This document shows positions 27,720-32,000 of a stretch of 32,000 nucleotides of DNA, in pieces (within the stretch, counting starts at the first letter, position 1; each line of letters begins with the position of its first letter). The notes under the pieces are model-generated. The model saw only the letters and a list, made by a program, of their open reading frames with translations. It was not told where the DNA came from and made no database searches. Origin of the DNA: Candidatus Nitrosopumilus koreensis AR1 (GTDB lineage: Archaea; Thermoproteota; Nitrososphaeria; Nitrososphaerales; Nitrosopumilaceae); assembly GCF_000299365.1 (NCBI RefSeq), contig NC_018655.1, positions 540,001-572,000 on the forward strand. The letters run 5' to 3'. A program made the position numbers and the translations under genes.

Positions 27720-28001
27720 TTGAGCAGAACTACCAGTCCTAAAGCAGTTGAAATTATAAAAAGAAAATCCATTGCGCCTACCTTTGATCCTAGTATGAAA
27801 ACTTTGATGCGAATAGTAAAATTTATGACTGAACACCAATCTGAAGGTAAAACCCAGATGGCCCTTGATACCAAACTAAATTATGCAAGGCTTGCAAAAC
27901 ATATTGTTTGGATGGAGAAAAAAGGTCTGGTTAAATCTACCGTTAAGGATGGTAAAGTTCTCATTGTTCTGACCTCCCTGGTAGAGATTTTTCAAAAGTA
28001 A
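27720..28001 (+). CDS. Winged-helix DNA-binding protein
   Basis: 93 aa, TTG start. TLMRIVKFMTEHQSEGKTQMALDTKLNYARLAKHIVWMEKKGLVKSTVKDGKVLIVLT. Confidence 0.7.
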   Translation: MSRTTSPKAVEIIKRKSIAPTFDPSMKTLMRIVKFMTEHQSEGKTQMALDTKLNYARLAKHIVWMEKKGLVKSTVKDGKVLIVLTSLVEIFQK

Positions 28002-28128
28002 TTTCTAAAATTTTTTAGATTAAAGTACTTACCAATATGTCTACTATGTTATCACATTTGTATGTCGAACCAACATTTATGTCAGCGTTATTCAAATGTA
28101 CTTGCTTTATTAAAATAATGGTTAGATA

Positions 28129-28365
28129 ATGAGTAAAAGTAGAAATTTTATTGGAATTGGTATTGCAAGTGTTGCAATAATCATGGTATTTCTTTTTACC
28201 AACATATTTGATCTTGCAGAACCTGCAGTTGGTCAATACGTTGTTTCTGCAAAGGAGAATGTCTCACAGGTAGATGGTGAAGATGTTGTATCTGGAGCGG
28301 AATTACTATCTTCAAGTATTGCAAACGAGACATCTAAAATAAAAATACAAAACCCCCTTCCTTAA
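28129..28365 (+). CDS. Small secreted/membrane-anchored hypothetical protein
   Basis: 78 aa. N-terminal hydrophobic IGIGIASVAIIMVFLFTNIF. Confidence 0.55.
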   Translation: MSKSRNFIGIGIASVAIIMVFLFTNIFDLAEPAVGQYVVSAKENVSQVDGEDVVSGAELLSSSIANETSKIKIQNPLP

Positions 28366-28513
28366 TTGCAAAATTTTATTTTATAAATAATAATTGTTAA
28401 TAGCCCTCTAGATACAATATTCCAAAATTTGTAGATTGCACTAACAAATATGTATATGAAATAAACAAATATGTCAGCGTTTCTTAATTACTATTTTTTT
28501 GAATTAAAATAAG

Positions 28514-31417
28514 TTGACTCCTATTAACAGATGTAAAAGCATACAATACATATCACAATCAAAAAAATTTCTGGTATTATCGTTTATTTCATTAGCTATT
28601 GTTTATTCTATGTCTTCAGAAGCAAGTGCTGCAAATGCTCCAAATCCTCCAAACAACTTTTCTATTCAAGCAGTTTCAGACGATCAAATTAATCTTTCAT
28701 GGTCCGCCCCATATGATGGAGGTTTCCCAATTACTGGATATGTGATAACATATGTAGTAGATAATGGGTCATTCGTAGAATTAGATACAATCGATGGGAA
28801 TATCACAAACTATTCACACACAAATCTTGTGACGAATCACATTTACTTTTACCAGGTTTCTGCAATAAATTCAGTTGGCCAAAGTATTCCGACAAAGTTT
28901 TTGAGTGGTACAACATTACATGGCACTTCTGTTCCTGATTCTCCTACATCACTTCAAGCAAACCCTGTATCACCTACAAGTGTTTTTCTATACTGGAATG
29001 CACCTCAAAATAATGATGATTCTATAATTACAGGTTACATGATAGAATATGGCACTATAACGAATCAATGGCATGTTTTGGTTTCAAATACTGGAATTCC
29101 TCAGACATCGTATTATCATTCAGGTATTGATGCTGGTAAAAACTACAATTACCGTGTTTCTGCAATTAATTCTAATGGCGTTGGAAATCCCTCAAATGTC
29201 GTCTCTATTGTTCCTGAGGTAACAACTTCTCCTACAATAACATCCATCGTGATTAATCCTACACAAGTTACATTGAGCTGGATTGCTCCATCGTATACCT
29301 ATGGTGAACGAATAATTGGATATGCAATTGATACAAAAATAGATGATGACGTATATGAGCACACAGTTGAAAATACTGGACTTGTAACAAGTTACACTAT
29401 TTCAGGACTCACAACAGACAAAACATACACCTTTAGACTAATTGCTCTTTTCGATGAAGGCACTCGAAGTATCTCTTCCCGTGATGTATCTGTAATTCCA
29501 ACTTATACATCGTATTATCCATTTCAAACACAAAATAATCTTCCAATTGGTACATCAGTTTACACAGGACAACAATCTCCACATTCTACTAACACTGTAG
29601 TATTTTCAAATCCTGGCACTCAGACGCAATACTTTCAATCGCCTAATACGGACATAGATGGCATCTGGGCAAATGTTTCAACATATGTTGATGGCGCAGT
29701 ACTTTACTTTGATTCTGAAGGTAAAACATACTCTTTGGCAATTCTTCCAAACTCCAAGACATGGATTAGTTTTAACAATCCAATTGATGTATCAAATGTT
29801 AGACTGAATATAGATGATAGATTATATTCTAGTGACATAGGCCGTATCGCCTATGTTGATTTAGATACTGAAACACCATCTCCAGTAAGTCAACTTCCAA
29901 TTGGTACATCAGTTTACACAGGACACCAATCTCCAGGATCCCTTAACACTGTAGTATTTTCAAATCCTGGTCCTCAAACCAAAAACTTTCAATTTCCTGA
30001 TACTGTCAGTGAAGTGAATGGCATCTGGGCAACTGTTTCAACATATGTTGATGGCGCAGTACTTTACTTTGATTCTGAAGGTAAAACATACTCTTTGGCA
30101 ATTCATCCAAATTCAAATACATGGATTAGTTTTAACAGTCCTACGACTATTTCAAATACAATAATAAGTATCGATGACAGAGGATATTCTAGTGATGTAG
30201 GTAGTGTTTCATATGTTACTCCAGATGTTACACCACAATCCCAATCAGCACCAGATGTACCCTTAGGCCTTCACGCAAATCTTTATTCTGACGATACTGT
30301 ACAACTTACTTGGGTTTCTCCTTTAAACAATGACAAATATCCCATATTGGGATATAGAATAGAGTACAAAACCAATTCAGATAGTGATTGGAATGTTATC
30401 TCCCAAAATAATGGACTTCAGACAATATTTGTTCACTCAGGACTTTTAGATAACAAAACATACACGTTTCGAGTATCGTCCATGAATATCTATGGCATAA
30501 GTGATCCTTCAATTAATGCAAGTGTGACTACCGGAAGAGTGGTTCAACCAACTCCAACTAACACATACACGTCATCAGGTGTACTTCCAATATTTAATAC
30601 CGACACATCAATTAGTTATGTCATTTCTGGTGGCAAAGTATTTGGTGTTGTACTCGACAGGGATGCAACTTCATTAGACTTCATGCTTGAAGGAGAAACA
30701 GCCGGTACACTCTATACCCAATTATCAAGAACTTTAATTGATGCTATACAATCCGATGAAAGTGACAGATCTTTCTTTGTAACTGTTGATGGTGTCAATG
30801 CTCAATTCACTGAAATTAAAACAGACGATTACAGAAACATGGTAATTTCATTCCCATCTGGTACAAACAATATATCTATAATCGGTACATCTGTGGTTCC
30901 AGAATTTGGAACAATTGACAAAGAGTATGTTTTACCTGAGCCTGGAACTACTCCTGATTCATTTGTATATGGATTCAAAAAAGCATTTGAAGGGTTAGAC
31001 TTGTCATTTACATTTAATCAAAACGATAAAGTTTCAAAACATCTGAAATTTGCAGAACTTCGACTAAGTGAAGCTAAAGCAATGGTTCAAAAAGGAATGC
31101 CTGAACTAGTTGACGATTTAACAAAAGACTATGAAAAACAAGTATCTGGTGCAAAACAAATTGCCAACTCTGCTTCAGCATCTGTAGATAAAGCAGCATT
31201 AACTGAAACTATAATGTTAGCATCATCAAAACATATTCAAGTTTTAACTAGTCTCAAAGACACACTTCCCGAACAAGCACAATTAAGAATCCAAGTGATA
31301 ATTGATAATTCTAAAAAAGACATTGGTATTGCAATGAAAGAATCCTCCAACCGTGCTGCTGATGCAATGGTAAAGTCAGAAGAAATGAAAAAAATAGCTG
31401 AATATAACAAGCCATAA
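28514..31417 (+). CDS. Secreted fibronectin type III repeat protein with duplicated beta-rich module, internal PEFG motif and C-terminal helical (DUF5667-like) domain
   Basis: 967 aa, TTG start. Signal peptide; FN3-like PPNNFSIQAVSDDQINLSWSAPYDGGFPITGYVI and three further copies; a duplicated LPIGTSVYTG...VDGAVLYFDSEGKTYSLAI module; VVPEFG; KHLKFAELRLSEAKAMVQKG. Confidence 0.85.
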   Translation: MTPINRCKSIQYISQSKKFLVLSFISLAIVYSMSSEASAANAPNPPNNFSIQAVSDDQINLSWSAPYDGGFPITGYVITYVVDNGSFVELDTIDGNITNYSHTNLVTNHIYFYQVSAINSVGQSIPTKFLSGTTLHGTSVPDSPTSLQANPVSPTSVFLYWNAPQNNDDSIITGYMIEYGTITNQWHVLVSNTGIPQTSYYHSGIDAGKNYNYRVSAINSNGVGNPSNVVSIVPEVTTSPTITSIVINPTQVTLSWIAPSYTYGERIIGYAIDTKIDDDVYEHTVENTGLVTSYTISGLTTDKTYTFRLIALFDEGTRSISSRDVSVIPTYTSYYPFQTQNNLPIGTSVYTGQQSPHSTNTVVFSNPGTQTQYFQSPNTDIDGIWANVSTYVDGAVLYFDSEGKTYSLAILPNSKTWISFNNPIDVSNVRLNIDDRLYSSDIGRIAYVDLDTETPSPVSQLPIGTSVYTGHQSPGSLNTVVFSNPGPQTKNFQFPDTVSEVNGIWATVSTYVDGAVLYFDSEGKTYSLAIHPNSNTWISFNSPTTISNTIISIDDRGYSSDVGSVSYVTPDVTPQSQSAPDVPLGLHANLYSDDTVQLTWVSPLNNDKYPILGYRIEYKTNSDSDWNVISQNNGLQTIFVHSGLLDNKTYTFRVSSMNIYGISDPSINASVTTGRVVQPTPTNTYTSSGVLPIFNTDTSISYVISGGKVFGVVLDRDATSLDFMLEGETAGTLYTQLSRTLIDAIQSDESDRSFFVTVDGVNAQFTEIKTDDYRNMVISFPSGTNNISIIGTSVVPEFGTIDKEYVLPEPGTTPDSFVYGFKKAFEGLDLSFTFNQNDKVSKHLKFAELRLSEAKAMVQKGMPELVDDLTKDYEKQVSGAKQIANSASASVDKAALTETIMLASSKHIQVLTSLKDTLPEQAQLRIQVIIDNSKKDIGIAMKESSNRAADAMVKSEEMKKIAEYNKP
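29540..29893 (+). repeat. Intragenic tandem module copy 1 (about 354 bp)
   Basis: Encodes LPIGTSVYTGQQSP...AVLYFDSEGKTYSLAILPNSKTWISFNN...YSSDIGRIAYVD. Contains a 71-bp exact match (29674..29744) to copy 2. Confidence 0.85.
29894..30253 (+). repeat. Intragenic tandem module copy 2 (about 360 bp)
   Basis: Encodes LPIGTSVYTGHQSP...AVLYFDSEGKTYSLAIHPNSNTWISFNS...YSSDVGSVSYVT. The 71-bp exact match is at 30034..30104. Confidence 0.85.
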
Positions 31418-31626
31418 TCTAATTGATGATTGGTTCTATATGCGTAAAGTGAATACAATTAGTGGAAATACCGTAGAAAGAATGTGTGCTACATCTTGAA
31501 TTTGAATTAACCATGTGGTGTTTCTATTATTTTTTCAGATGGCACAAGAATGGTTGAATGTGATTAGAAAATGAAAACTATGTTTCTTGCAATAATTAAT
31601 GCAATTATAATTTTGGATAAGAGAAA

Positions 31627-31929
31627 ATGAAATTCAAAAAATCATATTTACTGTTAATTATTTTTCCAATTTATGGAACGATAGCCTCAATAGGAGGACA
31701 TTTACATGAAATGAATGCTCATGAAAGTTACATAACTTTATTTTTTAATCCCTTGGTGTGGATTTTTACAGATCCTCACATACGTTATTTTCCAGTTGAA
31801 AATTATCAGATTGTTTTAGGTCCTGAATTAATTTTATTTTTTATAATTATAAATATTATTTTTTGGATGCCAATTGGATTTATCATTAGTAAAATAATAC
31901 AGATACGAAAACCCAAATTATCTAAATAA
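31627..31929 (+). CDS. Small two-TM membrane protein
   Basis: 100 aa. Hydrophobic YLLLIIFPIYGTIASIGG and LGPELILFFIIINIIFWMPIGFIIS. Confidence 0.55.
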   Translation: MKFKKSYLLLIIFPIYGTIASIGGHLHEMNAHESYITLFFNPLVWIFTDPHIRYFPVENYQIVLGPELILFFIIINIIFWMPIGFIISKIIQIRKPKLSK

Positions 31930-32000
31930 AATTAAAAAAAACATAATACAAAATAACAGCCATTGGTTGTGTAGAAAATGAAACCTAGACTTTCATGCGT

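Noticed and set aside
31571-31630. 19-aa ORF (MKTMFLAIINAIIILDKRK) overlapping the 31627 start by ATGA
   Set aside because: Hydrophobic and well placed, but too short to distinguish from chance in AT-rich DNA.
1-32000. CRISPR arrays, tRNA/rRNA genes, transposases or integrases
   Set aside because: No regularly spaced short repeats, no recognisable tRNA cloverleaf sequence and no transposase/integrase signature were seen in the track or by reading intergenic gaps.
31978-32000. ATG-started open frame (MKPRLSC...) at window end
   Set aside because: Only a few codons visible; cannot be supported.

Overview
The window looks like a chromosomal segment of an ammonia-oxidising thaumarchaeon (Nitrosopumilales-like). 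The evidence is AT-rich DNA, archaeal TFB, eIF1/SUI1 and Sec61beta, an F420 biosynthesis pair, and thaumarchaeal-type surface proteins. From 1 to about 24 kb it is mostly conserved core: Tsr3, family-5 solute-binding protein, nuclease-fold protein, DUF2070, Sec61beta, SSSCA1/p27-like protein, SUI1, CPBP protease, TFB, CofC/CofD, RNase P RNA, methyltransferase, geranylgeranyl-reductase-like protein, DUF99, SDR, beta-hydroxyacid dehydrogenase, DsbA-like protein, an exosortase/archaeosortase-family protein and Y-family polymerase. From 24.05 kb to the end it is accessory: very small tightly packed ORFs behind a 57-bp imperfect repeat, a divergent TFB paralog, a short P-II-like protein, a winged-helix protein, and a 967-aa FN3 surface protein. 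Non-ORF-track items recovered by reading are Sec61beta (5240..5407, -), RNase P RNA (11268..11550, -, closed by an 11-nt P1 helix) and several sub-60-aa ORFs. The main leads are an archaeosortase-family protein with no cysteine and Ser at the expected nucleophile position; an FN3 protein whose PEFG motif is internal rather than C-terminal; a membrane-anchored CxC-rich tail whose start codon sits in a palindrome loop; a TFB paralog with a damaged zinc knuckle; and the 24.2-25.8 kb small-ORF cassette. No complete new defence or biosynthetic system can be demonstrated from sequence alone.
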